A stretch of DNA of 64,000 nucleotides from Candidatus Moraniibacteriota bacterium (GCA_027031495.1 JALVQA010000009.1:16898-80897), one strand, 5' to 3'; counted from the stretch's first letter, positions 9,203-20,800 are shown. Translations and numbers: made by a program. The notes: generated by a model not told the origin, from the sequence alone.

Positions 9203-10774
9203 ATGACAACACTCATTACTATTCAGGATGTTATCAAGAGCGCAAAAGCACCACTTGATTCTGCCGGACGCAAGCTGGTAACGGAAGCATTTGTTTTTGC
9301 CGACAAGGCACACGAAGGGCAAAAACGTCGTAGCGGCGAGCCGTATGTTCAACATTGCCTTCATACGGCACGTATTCTTGCACAGATCGGTATGGATGCC
9401 GGTACAATCGCTGCAGGACTCTTGCACGATGTGCCGGAAGATACTGACGTTACACTACAAGAAATTGAAAAGAAATTTGGTAAAGAAATTGCGTGGATCG
9501 TTGATGGTGTAACAAAGTTGGGACATATTCGTCTTCGCGGCTCTCGCGAGGAGATGTTTATAGAAAACCTGCGCAAGATGTTTTTGGCGACAGCGCAGGA
9601 CATTCGTGTAGTCATTGTCAAACTCGCCGACCGCCTACACAATATGCGCACACTGAACGCAGTGCCAGCTGAAAAACAAGAACGCATCGCTAAAGAAACG
9701 ATGGAAGTGTACGCACAGATTGCCAACCGTCTTGGCATTAGCGAAATCAAAACAGAAATGGAAGATCTTGCTTTTATGTATCTCTACCCTGACGAATACA
9801 AAAAGGTCTATGACATGTACGCACGCGAAAAAGATGATTATGAAAAGTATATCAATCGCGCCATAGAAAGTATTGCAGAAGGATTAAAGAAAGAAGGTAT
9901 AAAGGTTATAGAGATTAAAGGACGTGCAAAAAGTATTTACAGTCTTTACGTAAAGCTCAAGCGTTATGACATGAACATTTCGCGCATCTATGACATTGTC
10001 GCCATTCGCGTTATCGTACCAACTGTCGCAGACTGTTATGAAACACTTGGCATCGTCCACAAACGCTACCGTCCGATGGTTGGGCGCATCAAAGATTATA
10101 TCTCTCTCCCAAAACCGAACGGGTACCAATCCATTCACACAACAATCTTCGGACCGGAAGGACGTATTATGGAGGTGCAAATTCGTACTCCACAAATGCA
10201 CTCTGAAGCAGAATTTGGTATCGCAGCGCACTGGATCTACAAAGAAGCAACAACAAAAGGATGGCGTCATTATCTCTTTGGTAAAAAGAAGACACCGAAG
10301 AATATTGAGGATCAACGTCAAACGCGCTGGATCAAACAATTGCGCGAGTGGCAAGATGATCTTGGCCATGATAACGAGGAATTCATGCGCAGTCTCAAAA
10401 TTGACTTTTTCAAAAATCACATTTTTGCCTTTACGCCGAAAGGTGACATCATTGACTTACCGGAAGAATCCACACCGGTCGATTTTGCGTATGCTATTCA
10501 CTCCGAAGTTGGCGACCGTGTAATTGGCGCAAAGGCAAATGGTAAGATGGTGCCACTGAACTATACGATCCGCAACGGCGAAGTTATTGATATTCTCACA
10601 TCAAAAGAGCCAAAACTTCCTAATGCAAAGTGGTTGGAATTTGTTCGCACATCCAATGCGCGCTCGCGTATTCGTCGTCAACTTAAGCGCGCTGGCGAAC
10701 ATATTGCACCACTGCCAGATATCACAAAGCAAAAAGCACGTGAACGTAAAAATGCACGTAAACAAAAGAAATAG
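9203..10774 (+). CDS. rel: Bifunctional (p)ppGpp synthetase/hydrolase (short Rel/SpoT homolog: HD + synthetase + TGS, no ACT domain)
   Basis: The HD motif is HCLHTARIL...LLHDVPEDT. Synthetase motifs are RAKSIYSLYVKL...DIVAIRVIV...GYQSIHTTI...EVQIRT. The TGS region is FAFTPKGDIIDLPE...GAKANGKMVPL. The protein ends at 523 aa. Confidence 0.9.
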   Translation: MTTLITIQDVIKSAKAPLDSAGRKLVTEAFVFADKAHEGQKRRSGEPYVQHCLHTARILAQIGMDAGTIAAGLLHDVPEDTDVTLQEIEKKFGKEIAWIVDGVTKLGHIRLRGSREEMFIENLRKMFLATAQDIRVVIVKLADRLHNMRTLNAVPAEKQERIAKETMEVYAQIANRLGISEIKTEMEDLAFMYLYPDEYKKVYDMYAREKDDYEKYINRAIESIAEGLKKEGIKVIEIKGRAKSIYSLYVKLKRYDMNISRIYDIVAIRVIVPTVADCYETLGIVHKRYRPMVGRIKDYISLPKPNGYQSIHTTIFGPEGRIMEVQIRTPQMHSEAEFGIAAHWIYKEATTKGWRHYLFGKKKTPKNIEDQRQTRWIKQLREWQDDLGHDNEEFMRSLKIDFFKNHIFAFTPKGDIIDLPEESTPVDFAYAIHSEVGDRVIGAKANGKMVPLNYTIRNGEVIDILTSKEPKLPNAKWLEFVRTSNARSRIRRQLKRAGEHIAPLPDITKQKARERKNARKQKK

Positions 10775-10796
10775 CATCTAACATGAACGCACGCAA

Positions 10797-10838
10797 TTAA
10801 AAAAACCGCTTCGTTGCACTGAGGCGGTTTTCTTATTT
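10797..10838. terminator. Bidirectional intrinsic terminator between convergent rel and the SPFH gene
   Basis: aaaaaaACCGCTTCgttgcactGAGGCGGTtttcttattt has U-tracts on both strands. Confidence 0.6.
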
Positions 10839-10840
10839 CG

Positions 10841-11842
10841 CTAAATACCACGGAATGTCGGGAGACCGGTAGCAGGATTGGTTGGCACGTAGATAGTGCC
10901 TTTGCGATCTTTAAGTTCCTTAATGTAGAGATATTCTAGATAGTGAGGCGTAAGGGATTCGTTAATAATCTTCTGAGCATCACGCTGACCCTCTGCTTCA
11001 ATACGCTTACGCTCCGCTTCTTTTTTCTCTTTTTGAAGGAGGAAGTCGTAGCGCTGTGACTCCTGCTCTGCCTGCAATTTTTGCTGAATGCTGTCAGCGA
11101 GATTTTGCGGTAGCGTTACATTGCGCAAAAGCACTTGTTCCACAACAATACCACGTGGCGTGATTGTTTCGCGCAAGCGGTCCGCAATTGCTTGCGTGAT
11201 TTCTTCGCGTTTATCAGAGTATACCGCCTTTGTATCATAGCGTGCAATAACCTCACGGATTGCGCTGCGAATCTCAGGACGGATGATTTTTTCTGCAAAA
11301 TTAACGTTTAAATCACGATATACATCTGATGCACGCTGCTCTTCAAGGTGATAGAAAACCGTAATATCAAGATCAACTGCAAGGCCCTCATTTGTCAAAG
11401 CGCGAATTGCGTCAGCGCCACGACGCTGCCCTTCACCATGCGCAACACTCATTGTGTACTCCTCCGTGCGAATACTCATTGGGATAACTTTCGCAAAAGG
11501 ATTAATGATATGCAGACCACTTGAGAGTTCCTTTTCTTTCACCTTACCGAAAAGATCAACGACACCTGTAAAGCCGGCCGGGACAACAACTATTGACTTG
11601 GAAAGAATTATTATGCCGACAATAATGATAACAATCCACTTTATTTTGCCACCAAGAACACGAAAAGAATTTGTCATAGAAATATTTTGTTTAAAGTCCC
11701 TCAAAAAGTTCTCTATGGGATTTTGAGAGACGTGAATCGTATTTGTCGATGCGCGCTGCATACGCAAGAGTGCTTGTACAAACTTTCCAAAGAGAAGGAG
11801 TGCAATGTAGGAGAATATAATGAAGAAAATAAATGTATTCAT
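10841..11842 (-). CDS. SPFH/band-7 (prohibitin/HflC-like) membrane protein
   Basis: An N-terminal TM segment is followed by a band-7 core (VVVPAGFTGVVDLFGKV...) and a C-terminal coiled coil rich in E/K/R. Confidence 0.8.
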   Translation of the reverse strand: MNTFIFFIIFSYIALLLFGKFVQALLRMQRASTNTIHVSQNPIENFLRDFKQNISMTNSFRVLGGKIKWIVIIIVGIIILSKSIVVVPAGFTGVVDLFGKVKEKELSSGLHIINPFAKVIPMSIRTEEYTMSVAHGEGQRRGADAIRALTNEGLAVDLDITVFYHLEEQRASDVYRDLNVNFAEKIIRPEIRSAIREVIARYDTKAVYSDKREEITQAIADRLRETITPRGIVVEQVLLRNVTLPQNLADSIQQKLQAEQESQRYDFLLQKEKKEAERKRIEAEGQRDAQKIINESLTPHYLEYLYIKELKDRKGTIYVPTNPATGLPTFRGI

Positions 11843-11870
11843 ATGTCAGCGTACATTTTTTGTTACTAGT

Positions 11871-12326
11871 TTAGGATATTTTTTTGATAGTACATTCTGT
11901 TGCGCCATTTGGCGTCTCAACCGTCACGGTATCACCCTCCTCATGTCCCATGAGCGCTTTGCCGAACGGTGACTCTGTAGAGATCTTGCCAGACGTCGGA
12001 TCAGCTTCATTTGAACCAACAATTTCAAAACTTAACTCTTTGTTACCACACACAATAACAACGCGTGAGCCAATCTGTACACCAGAAACACGTCCATCGT
12101 GATGCACAACTTCCGCATCCTTAATCATCTGTTCCAATGTGGCAATACGTGCTTCGTTTTCTGCCTGCTCACGCTTTGCCTCAGAATACTCTGCGTTTTC
12201 ACTCAGATCACCTTGTTCTTTCGCCTCTTTTATCGCCTGCGCAATATTTTGGCGTACAGTAGTCGTGCGGTGCTCGAGTTCTTCTTCCAATTTCTCAAGT
12301 CCATCTTTTGTAACAACGTATGTCAT
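11871..12326 (-). CDS. greA: Transcription elongation factor GreA
   Basis: The N-terminus GLEKLEEELEHRTTTVRQNIAQAIKEAKEQGDLSENAEYSEAK is the GreA coiled-coil signature. The C-terminus is an FKBP-like domain. Confidence 0.9.
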   Translation of the reverse strand: MTYVVTKDGLEKLEEELEHRTTTVRQNIAQAIKEAKEQGDLSENAEYSEAKREQAENEARIATLEQMIKDAEVVHHDGRVSGVQIGSRVVIVCGNKELSFEIVGSNEADPTSGKISTESPFGKALMGHEEGDTVTVETPNGATECTIKKIS

Positions 12327-12457
12327 TTTTTTGTCTTTAAATCGTTATAAATCCTCATTGCATGCACTGCCTTTGTCATCGTAACTCGCATTTTTCTTAC
12401 CGCATATGCAATACAACGCACTGCAGCACACACAATTTGTTTCCCATTCTACTAAAA

Positions 12458-14383
12458 TCACTCCACATCGTCAATGCTCGCATTTTCTTGCCTCGTCGTA
12501 TGTTGCGCATTTCTTTGAGAAAAATACCACTCATAGATATCATGTGCAACAGGCGCACTCGCAGATGATGTTTGCTCGGATTGTCCCTCCATAAGAACAA
12601 GCACGACAATTTCCGGTTTATCATATGGCGCAAAGGATGTCAGCCATGAATGTGTTTTTTTACCGGACCCAAACTGTGCTGTGCCGGTTTTTGCCGCAAT
12701 CGGTACAGAAATTGTTGAAAGAATACGTGCTGTCCCTTCCGTAACAGTCATGCGCATACCTTCGCGCACAACATCCATAATGTGACGCGAGAAAAGATGG
12801 TCGCGCTTCTTGTGCGGTTTGTATGATGTAATCGTACCGTTTTGATCGCGCCAGTATGCAAGAATGTGCGGCTGCCATAATGTGCCACCATTTGCAATCG
12901 CTGCCGTCGCATTTGCAATTTGCAGTGGTGTTGCCGTCACAAATCCTTGCCCGATAGCCGCGTGATAATCATTGCCGATTGACCATTTCTCGCCAAAACG
13001 CTTCTCTTTCCATGCCGGATCCGGAACAAAACCAGTCACCTCGCCCGGCAAATCAATACCGGTTTTTTCACCAAAGCCAAAAAGGTTGTAGTACTTTTTC
13101 ATCGTTTCCATACCCATACCTTTGATAGAGCCATAGCCACCACCAATCGCATAGAAAAAGATATCATGCGACACGGCAATAGCACGCCGCACATCTGCAA
13201 CACCATTGACGCGCCAGTCACGAAACGTATACTTACCAATACGAATCGCACCCGTACTATTAACAGTTGTATGTTCGTTAATTATACCTTCTGTCAATGC
13301 TGCACCGGCCAAAATCGGCTTCACTGTTGAACCGGGTGGATAGGCGCCACCGACGGCACGGTTAAAAAGCGGTCGATCAGGATCTTGTGTCAACGCAACA
13401 TAATCATCATGTGAGATGCCATTGACAAAAAGATTATTATCATAACTCGGCATACTTACCAGCGCACGCACACTGCCATCACGTGGATCCAAGATGACAA
13501 CAGCACCTCGCGAAAGATTATAACGTTCAAATGCTTTTTTCATCGCTGCGATAGTGTGTTTTTGCAGCTCAGCATCAATAGTAAGGTAGAGATCGTTTCC
13601 TTGTATTGCCGGAATGCTTTCTGTAATACGTAGTGATCTGCCGCGCGCATTGATCTCAATACCAGTTGCACCATGTTTACCACGCAAAAGTTTTTCATAA
13701 ACTTTTTCAATGCCAGTGCGACCAACGTGATCTGTAAGATAATATGACTTATCAGTATCTAGGTCTTCTTTTTGCACAATGCCAGTATACCCAAGAATAT
13801 GTGCAAAAAATGTACTCTCAAGATATTGTCTGCGTGGCGTTGTTACAAGACGTGCACCCGCAAGCGTGCGCCCATTTTCAATAAATGAAAAAAGCGCATC
13901 ATGCGATATGTTCGTTGCAATGAGAGCTTCTGGCTGCTTTTGTGTCTGCGCCGTCTTTATCGCATCCTCTATCTGCATTTTTGGGACGGAAAGGATAGTG
14001 TGAAGTTTTTCTATAAACTTCTCACGCTCAGCGTTATCCTCAGGCAGGAGTGATAAGATTACAACAATATCTGTTTGTGGCACGTTTTCGACAAGCGGCG
14101 CACCAAAACGATCAAGAATCAATCCGCGTGGCGCAGGAATGATACTGTAACGCATACTGTTGGCAACCGCGCGCTCTTTGTATAAATCACCCTTGATGAT
14201 TATCAGAAAAACTAAGCGCGCGCCAATACCACAAAGAACAATAATCATGACAACAAAAACAATACTGAGCCATTTTTTATTGAGACGAAATTCCATCCTC
14301 GCAACATCCTCCTCGGATGCCGTTAGCACTGCATCATCAATTTCAATGTACTCGTATTTTTTTCTCCGTGGCCACAGTCGCAT
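12458..14383 (-). CDS. mrdA: Penicillin-binding protein 2 (elongasome transpeptidase)
   Basis: Shows the class B PBP architecture: a TM anchor, a dimerisation domain and a transpeptidase domain. It lies immediately downstream of mreB-mreC. I chose the start at codon 52 of the listed ORF (MRLWPRRKK...), which abuts the mreC stop. The longer listed ORF start at 14536 is also possible. Confidence 0.8.
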   Translation of the reverse strand: MRLWPRRKKYEYIEIDDAVLTASEEDVARMEFRLNKKWLSIVFVVMIIVLCGIGARLVFLIIIKGDLYKERAVANSMRYSIIPAPRGLILDRFGAPLVENVPQTDIVVILSLLPEDNAEREKFIEKLHTILSVPKMQIEDAIKTAQTQKQPEALIATNISHDALFSFIENGRTLAGARLVTTPRRQYLESTFFAHILGYTGIVQKEDLDTDKSYYLTDHVGRTGIEKVYEKLLRGKHGATGIEINARGRSLRITESIPAIQGNDLYLTIDAELQKHTIAAMKKAFERYNLSRGAVVILDPRDGSVRALVSMPSYDNNLFVNGISHDDYVALTQDPDRPLFNRAVGGAYPPGSTVKPILAGAALTEGIINEHTTVNSTGAIRIGKYTFRDWRVNGVADVRRAIAVSHDIFFYAIGGGYGSIKGMGMETMKKYYNLFGFGEKTGIDLPGEVTGFVPDPAWKEKRFGEKWSIGNDYHAAIGQGFVTATPLQIANATAAIANGGTLWQPHILAYWRDQNGTITSYKPHKKRDHLFSRHIMDVVREGMRMTVTEGTARILSTISVPIAAKTGTAQFGSGKKTHSWLTSFAPYDKPEIVVLVLMEGQSEQTSSASAPVAHDIYEWYFSQRNAQHTTRQENASIDDVE

Positions 14384-14384
14384 A

Positions 14385-15200
14385 CTATAACTCTTGTTTA
14401 ATAAGAATAACAGAAACGTGATTTTGCAAACGCGCCTCATACGCCGGTATGAGTGTTGCCTCCTTATAAAGACCATCCTCCGTGACGTGAATGTTATAGA
14501 CAGTACCAATGAGAAGACGGCCGGGTATATGGACATTTCGCGTCGTTAAAACCATGTCACCATCTGTAAGAGGTTGTGATCGCTCCACCATCGTAAAACG
14601 TGCACCGTGGTGCGACACGCCACGCACAATCCCCTTTACATGGAGAGTACTCGTCTCGCCACGAATAACACTCTCCGCATTTGTTACCAAACGCACACGT
14701 GCCACATGTGCACCAACACGAGAGACGGTGCCGACCAATACCGCCTCGCGTGTCACAACTGCCATACCTTCTTCTACATCATCAGCGCGTCCGCGATTTA
14801 TCATAATCCATTCCCTCGCCTTACCGGCATTATACCCAATAACATCGGCTTCCACTTTTTGATAATCTGCAAGAACAGCTGCGTGAGGCAGACCACATTC
14901 CGTACGCAGTGCATTGTAGTCGTGTTCAATACTCTGCAATCGTCCCAACGCACTTTGCAGTGCCTGTTTTTCACGCTCAAGCGTTTCAATACGTTCTGTT
15001 AGCTTCGCAGCAGAACCAAAAACGGCAAAGACATCGCGTGTTGTATCAACGATGCTCTTGCCAACACGCACAAACGGCTCCGATGCGTGCCACAGAAACA
15101 ACTCAACAACAGCTCCTTTCCCATACACCATAAACAAGAAGACACCGAGAAAAATGATGCCTCCTAAAATAACCCTTTGATACATCGCACTACCACGCAT
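14385..15200 (-). CDS. mreC: Rod shape-determining protein MreC
   Basis: Has an N-terminal TM segment, a coiled coil (TERIETLEREKQALQSALGRLQS) and C-terminal beta domains. It lies between mreB and PBP2. Confidence 0.85.
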   Translation of the reverse strand: MRGSAMYQRVILGGIIFLGVFLFMVYGKGAVVELFLWHASEPFVRVGKSIVDTTRDVFAVFGSAAKLTERIETLEREKQALQSALGRLQSIEHDYNALRTECGLPHAAVLADYQKVEADVIGYNAGKAREWIMINRGRADDVEEGMAVVTREAVLVGTVSRVGAHVARVRLVTNAESVIRGETSTLHVKGIVRGVSHHGARFTMVERSQPLTDGDMVLTTRNVHIPGRLLIGTVYNIHVTEDGLYKEATLIPAYEARLQNHVSVILIKQEL

Positions 15201-15227
15201 AACAAAACATACGCATTACACTGCTTT

Positions 15228-16301
15228 TTAGACAAGTGACCCTTTCTCATCCGTATCAATAAGCACCTCCTTAAGTCTATCAAGATCATTGAGCACAATC
15301 CCCGTACCACGCACAACAGCTGTCAATGGATCTTCTATGCGCCGCACTGGAATTTCTGTTTGATCAGCGATAAGTTCATCAAGACCGCGGATGAGACTTC
15401 CTCCACCGGAGAGAACAATGCCCTGTTGCATAATATCGGCAATAAGTTCCGGTGGCGTTTCTTCCACAATCGTCTTAATTGTATTAACAATAACGCGGAC
15501 AGAACGTGCGAGTGCTTTACGCGCATCTTCCGTTGTCATCGTTACCTCCTTTGGCAAACCTGTCACAAGGTCACGTCCACGTACGACTGTCGTTTTCTCT
15601 TCCTTCTGCTTTGTTGCTGCACCGATGGCAATCTTGACATCTTCCGCTGTTTTTTCACCAATGAGCAAATTAAAATGATCGCGCGCATAACGCACGATAT
15701 CTTCGTTCATCTCATCACCGGCAGTGCGCAGTGAGCGCGCAACAACAACACCGCCCAGCGAGATCACGGCAATCTCTGATGTGCCACCGCCAATATCAAC
15801 AACCATATTACCACCCGCACTCGTTACCGGCAATTCCGCTCCAATAGCAACGGCCATCGGCTCATCAATCAAATACGCCTCACGCGCACCGGCACTGATT
15901 GTTGCCTCCACTACAGCACGCTTCTCTACAGCAGTGACACCGGATGGAATACCTACCAAAACACGCGGACGCGTCAGAAAAGAAAATGTGCCACTATGAA
16001 TCTTGCCAATGAAATATTTAAGCATTTGCTCCGTTGCTTCGTAGTCACTAATCACGCCATCAACAAGTGGACGCGTTGCTACAATATGTCCCGGCGTTTT
16101 ACCTACCATACGCTTTGCTTCCCTCCCAATCGCAAGAATTTGACCCGTTTTTTTATTCACAGCAACAACTGACGGCTCATTAATGACAATACCTTCGCCA
16201 CAAACATACACCAGCGTGTTTGCCGTTCCGAGATCAATGCCGACATCTTTTGCGAAATAACTAAAAAAACGATCTTTTGTGTTTTGAAAAGTTTTCTTCA
16301 C
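15228..16301 (-). CDS. mreB: Rod shape-determining protein MreB (actin homolog)
   Basis: Carries DVGIDLGTANTLVYV and the actin/Hsp70-fold motifs throughout. Confidence 0.95.
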   Translation of the reverse strand: MKKTFQNTKDRFFSYFAKDVGIDLGTANTLVYVCGEGIVINEPSVVAVNKKTGQILAIGREAKRMVGKTPGHIVATRPLVDGVISDYEATEQMLKYFIGKIHSGTFSFLTRPRVLVGIPSGVTAVEKRAVVEATISAGAREAYLIDEPMAVAIGAELPVTSAGGNMVVDIGGGTSEIAVISLGGVVVARSLRTAGDEMNEDIVRYARDHFNLLIGEKTAEDVKIAIGAATKQKEEKTTVVRGRDLVTGLPKEVTMTTEDARKALARSVRVIVNTIKTIVEETPPELIADIMQQGIVLSGGGSLIRGLDELIADQTEIPVRRIEDPLTAVVRGTGIVLNDLDRLKEVLIDTDEKGSLV

Positions 16302-16476
16302 AACTTTTAATCATTATCAATTACCCGTATAAGTCCTCTTCAATCTATCATACTACAGACACAATAAAACAGAAAGGTGTTTTTAGTAGCAAAGCAAGAA
16401 CATATAGCGTATATCGTTATATCACGCCTCTTTTTTTGATTTCCCTCTCAAAAAAACGCTCGTCATTTTTACTGAT

Positions 16477-17736
16477 CTATTGGTGTATCATTGTGATTGC
16501 ACCGTGTATAGATACGATAGTTTGTTCACCGGTGCGTCGATGTGTCAATTCAACACCACCATACTCGTGTGTTTTGTCTGACAAAACAACGCGCCATGGA
16601 CATCCAATAAGATCGGCATCTGCGAATTTCTCTCCCGGTCGTACATTTTTGCGATCATCCCACAGAACATCGATACCGGCAGTACGAAGAAGTATGTAAA
16701 ATTCTTCTGCTTCATCATTGTGTCCAATATTAATAAGATGTGCTTGATACGGCGCAATTGACTGTGGCCATATGAGACCACGCTCATCAGAGAGAAGTTC
16801 AACAACAACACCCATCAAACGTGCCGGACCTATACCATACGACCCCATAACAACGCTTTTGTTTTCACCGTCATCATCACGAAATATTAAACCAAGCGCA
16901 TCGGAAAATTTTGTGCCAAGCGAAAAAATATTCCCCACCTCAGCGGCTTTCTTCTGCACAAGCTCCTCTTTCACAAGACCGAGGTCAGCGATGACATCAT
17001 CGGTGTACACTTCTTCATTAATAGCAATACGCCTTTTCTCATCAACGTAAATAATATCTTCACCGGCATCACACACAGTCTGATACTCATGCGAATACTT
17101 GCTAAACGTTCCACCGCTGGCGAATGTCTTGTACGTTTGTGCGCCAATGCCGACACGCTGAAAAATACGCTCATACGCCGCTTGCGCTTTTTCGTAGAAT
17201 GCCTTATGTTCAATTACATCACGGCTAAACGAGTAGAGATCTTTCATGATAAACTCGCGCGATCGCATAATGCCGCTCTTGGCACGCGTCTCGTTGCGAA
17301 ACTTCGTTTGGAACTGGTACGCACTGAACGGCAACGAGCGGTGCGATGTCACAAACGGTTTGACCATCGCGGTAATCGCCTCCTCATGCGTAAAACCCAA
17401 GCCCAGCGGCGTACCGTTTTTGAGCGCCGTTTTGAACCACACATCCACCTTCGCGTCGTCCCAGCGGCCGGTCGTTTCCCAGAGCTCCTTGCGCTGCAGC
17501 GCCGTCATCTGTATCTCCTGCGCACCCAGTGCGTTCATCTCCTCGCGGATGATGTCCATAATCTTGTTCATCACGCGCCATCCCAACGGCAAAAATGCAT
17601 ATACACCCGCCATTTCCTTGTGCACAAACCCGGTGCGGATCAGCAACTGCGCATTCTTGCTCACCTCATCCTTCGGTGCGAATTTCTGTGTTTTCGTAAA
17701 AAGATGTGATTGTCGCATATCTTTCGCATCATTCAT
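16477..17736 (-). CDS. proS: Prolyl-tRNA synthetase, compact form without editing (INS) domain
   Basis: Class II motifs fit ProRS: MLRAGF/LIRTGFV, FRNETRAKSGIMRSREFIMKD, GSYGIGPARL and a C-terminal anticodon-binding domain. Its 419 aa indicates no INS insertion. Confidence 0.85.
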   Translation of the reverse strand: MNDAKDMRQSHLFTKTQKFAPKDEVSKNAQLLIRTGFVHKEMAGVYAFLPLGWRVMNKIMDIIREEMNALGAQEIQMTALQRKELWETTGRWDDAKVDVWFKTALKNGTPLGLGFTHEEAITAMVKPFVTSHRSLPFSAYQFQTKFRNETRAKSGIMRSREFIMKDLYSFSRDVIEHKAFYEKAQAAYERIFQRVGIGAQTYKTFASGGTFSKYSHEYQTVCDAGEDIIYVDEKRRIAINEEVYTDDVIADLGLVKEELVQKKAAEVGNIFSLGTKFSDALGLIFRDDDGENKSVVMGSYGIGPARLMGVVVELLSDERGLIWPQSIAPYQAHLINIGHNDEAEEFYILLRTAGIDVLWDDRKNVRPGEKFADADLIGCPWRVVLSDKTHEYGGVELTHRRTGEQTIVSIHGAITMIHQ

Positions 17737-17827
17737 TTATCTATCCCCATTCTACCATACTTACAGCCGTACGTCTCGCAAATAACAGTGTGCATTTTAT
17801 GATGCATAGCGCATAGTCATTGCCGCC

Positions 17828-20800
17828 CTAGAGCATGTGCTCTATCTCTTGCGCCTTTTGATTAAGGATATCAATATATGTGTTAATTTCAGATAGGTGC
17901 TTTGAAATCTCTCGCAAGCGAGTATCCGCACTCTTTACACGCTTAAGCTCTCCTTCTTCCATGTCTCTAATCTTTTGCACAACGTCACGCCTACGTGAGT
18001 GAAGTGCCGGCGCACGTTGCTTATCTGCCTTGCGCTGCGTCAATTCTCTAATTTGTTTGTCTAGTTTAGTACGTTCCTTCTTTAATAAATTGTGCTGTGC
18101 GCGCAATTCATCTCTTTGGTCGAGAAGTCTTGCCAGTTCATCCCCTTCCGTTTCCAACGTTTCTCGTTCTTTCTCCAGCGCCTCTTGTTCTTCTAAGATT
18201 GCAAGATAGCGCTCATCCGGTTTGCCTTGCCCAATACGCCGCATAATCTCTTCAGGAAGTGTTACGGCTTGTTTTTTTTCACGTTGGTGAGAGTGTTCTT
18301 TTTTAGATTTCTTTTGCTGGGGTCTTTGTGGTGATGATTCCGTATATGTATCAGGCGTCCTCTCTTGCGTATCATCGCCATGCGAAAACCTCTCACTACC
18401 AAGCCCAGCTTGTGCAAATGCATCTGCTAGAGCATTTATCCTCATACCACTGTCAGTAGCAAAGGAATCCATGGACTGTTTATACTCACGCATACGTGTC
18501 AGCAAGTCCTTAAACAGGCGCTGCATTTGTACTTCTTGCTCAATGTCAAATGCTCTATTTTCTGTTTCTATATAACTCTTCACATCTTCAAAATAAGAGC
18601 GAAGATAATCAATGTCGTTACTACTAAACGCAACATCGTACCCACGGCGCGCCATGTCTTCTGCACGCTTAAGAAATACCTTGATATCGGACCATTGTTC
18701 TCGTACACGATCACGAAAGGTCTCACGATTGGCAAGCGCTTCCTCTCGCGCCCTTTGAGCCACAACAATTTGTTCATAAATCTCCGTCAAGTGTCTCTTA
18801 TCATGCTCATTAGCATTGGATCTATTCAAAGCACTCTGCACTGTTCGCCTATAGTAATCATCATCACTCGCAAGCTCTTGTGGTATGCCATCATCAGAAT
18901 CAAGCACATTCAAAATCTTTCGCGCGAGTACATGTATCTCCTCTTTTAAGCGCTTACGTTGCTCCTCACGCTCACGCTCCTCACGCAAACGATTCAAAAC
19001 ACCACCGATTGTGCGCTCATATGCTTGCCGAGCCTCTTCTTCAGAAGCAAACCATTTCTGTTGAAAGACACTCTTATACCCGTCATCATAAATCTCCGTG
19101 CGCACGATACCTGGATACATGTATAATGTTTCACCATCTGCTGTATGGTAATATGCCACTGGTTGTTCTTGTGGTTTCGGAATCTCCGTTGTTTCATCAA
19201 GCACTTCAGCATTCCCTAGTGTGCGCTGCTCATGTGCATCCATAAAAGCATGGCGTGCAGCGGTGCGCAAATCATCATCAACTCTTGCAATGATTTCGCT
19301 CATATGTTTTGGTCCTCTCACTGATACAAGGCGCTGGCGCGGTAGTTGTATTTTATAGGTCGATTCTACGGAGTCATCATCTGTACCAATAGCAAACAAT
19401 GCCGCATCATCCAAATGCAATAAATCCGTTTCTTGCCAAAAAGACAAGACATCGACATCACTGTAATCAATTTCTGCAAAGGCTCTATGCCACTGTGCAG
19501 TGTTTGTTCGCTGGTATTCATATGTAATGTCTGCAACGCGCTGACCAAATGCTGCAGATGTTGGATAGAACGTCTCCAATGCTCCCATGCGCTCACGCGG
19601 TATAATGTCTTCCGGTCGTAATATCAGTTGATTGCTATGTCTCTTTATGCCATCGATTGTAGCAAGAGCACTAGAGTCCTCTTGTGCAATTTTATTTAGC
19701 TTTTGAGTATACCAGTCTATTAGTGAACTTATAGGCATATGTGGGCCAAAGCGATCAATGAGCGGTTTTACATTGTCATTATAGACATGCTTGTTTTCAT
19801 CCGCAAAAGGTAAATTTATTGCATTGTGGTAATCATCCACAATAACCCGCGCCCACTCTTTATGTAAATCCGGATTGTTATAAGGTCGGTGTACACGTTC
19901 AAGTATCCGCATCGTCGTGCGCTTTGGCGTTGTTACGTGATTAACGACAATTGTGCCAGCATCTTGATCATAATATGGACGTCCGTCAATATACTCTTGT
20001 AACATATGTGGTGCAACGTCCCTGATGTCAGCGACAGTTACAGGATGCACCAGTTGCCCATAATTACGCGTAATTTCATACCCTCGTCGCGTACCACGAC
20101 CTTCCGTTATTTTTTCTACAAAACACAATTGTATATTTTTTCCGCGTGCAGCAGAACCTGGCGAAAGGTTGATTTCATCGGAAACGCCGTCAAAATGATA
20201 ATACGCTGGCATACCACGTGTATTGTTTGCCGCATACAACAAATGATCAGCATAGCCGGCAAGCAGCGCTCGCGTGAGTGCCTCCCTATCAGTCTTATCA
20301 AGCGTGTTTTTTAGAGCAGCGCGATTAATCTCTTGTCCTGCTGCTCGTGCAAAATCACCAATATGCGATGCAACGTGACGTAGGGCATTATGATTAATAA
20401 ATTTCTCATAACACCATTTACGTAATGATGACTGCCCATTTTCCTCATCTTTTCCTCTTTTTCCATTTTTCTCCCCTCTCTTTTTATTACCATTGCGGTT
20501 TTGAAAAAGACCATTGTCAAGCGCCGCACGAAACACTGCCAGATTTGCAAACCAATCAGAGCTACCTGTACGGAACGGTGCGTGCGCACTATCCGCTTCA
20601 TTTGCCTTTTCTCGCGGACGCACAAAAATAGATTTTCCCTCTCGCGCCATCGTTGCTAAGATAACGGCCGCCTCAAAGCATCCACGCTCTTTCGCTTCTA
20701 AGACAAGGCGCGCTTGTCGTGGCTCAAGGAACGGCATGCTTATCATTTCCTGTCCAATTTCCGTAATGGCGCCATCTGCGTCAGTTGCACCCAAGTGCAT

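Noticed and set aside
16302-16476. Intergenic regions scanned for tRNA or small RNA genes (also 12327-12457, 17737-17827, 55121-55412, 62744-62841)
   Set aside because: No cloverleaf-compatible sequence was seen. There is no GTTC/TPsiC-like arm with a matching acceptor stem. Only promoter-like and terminator-like elements were seen.
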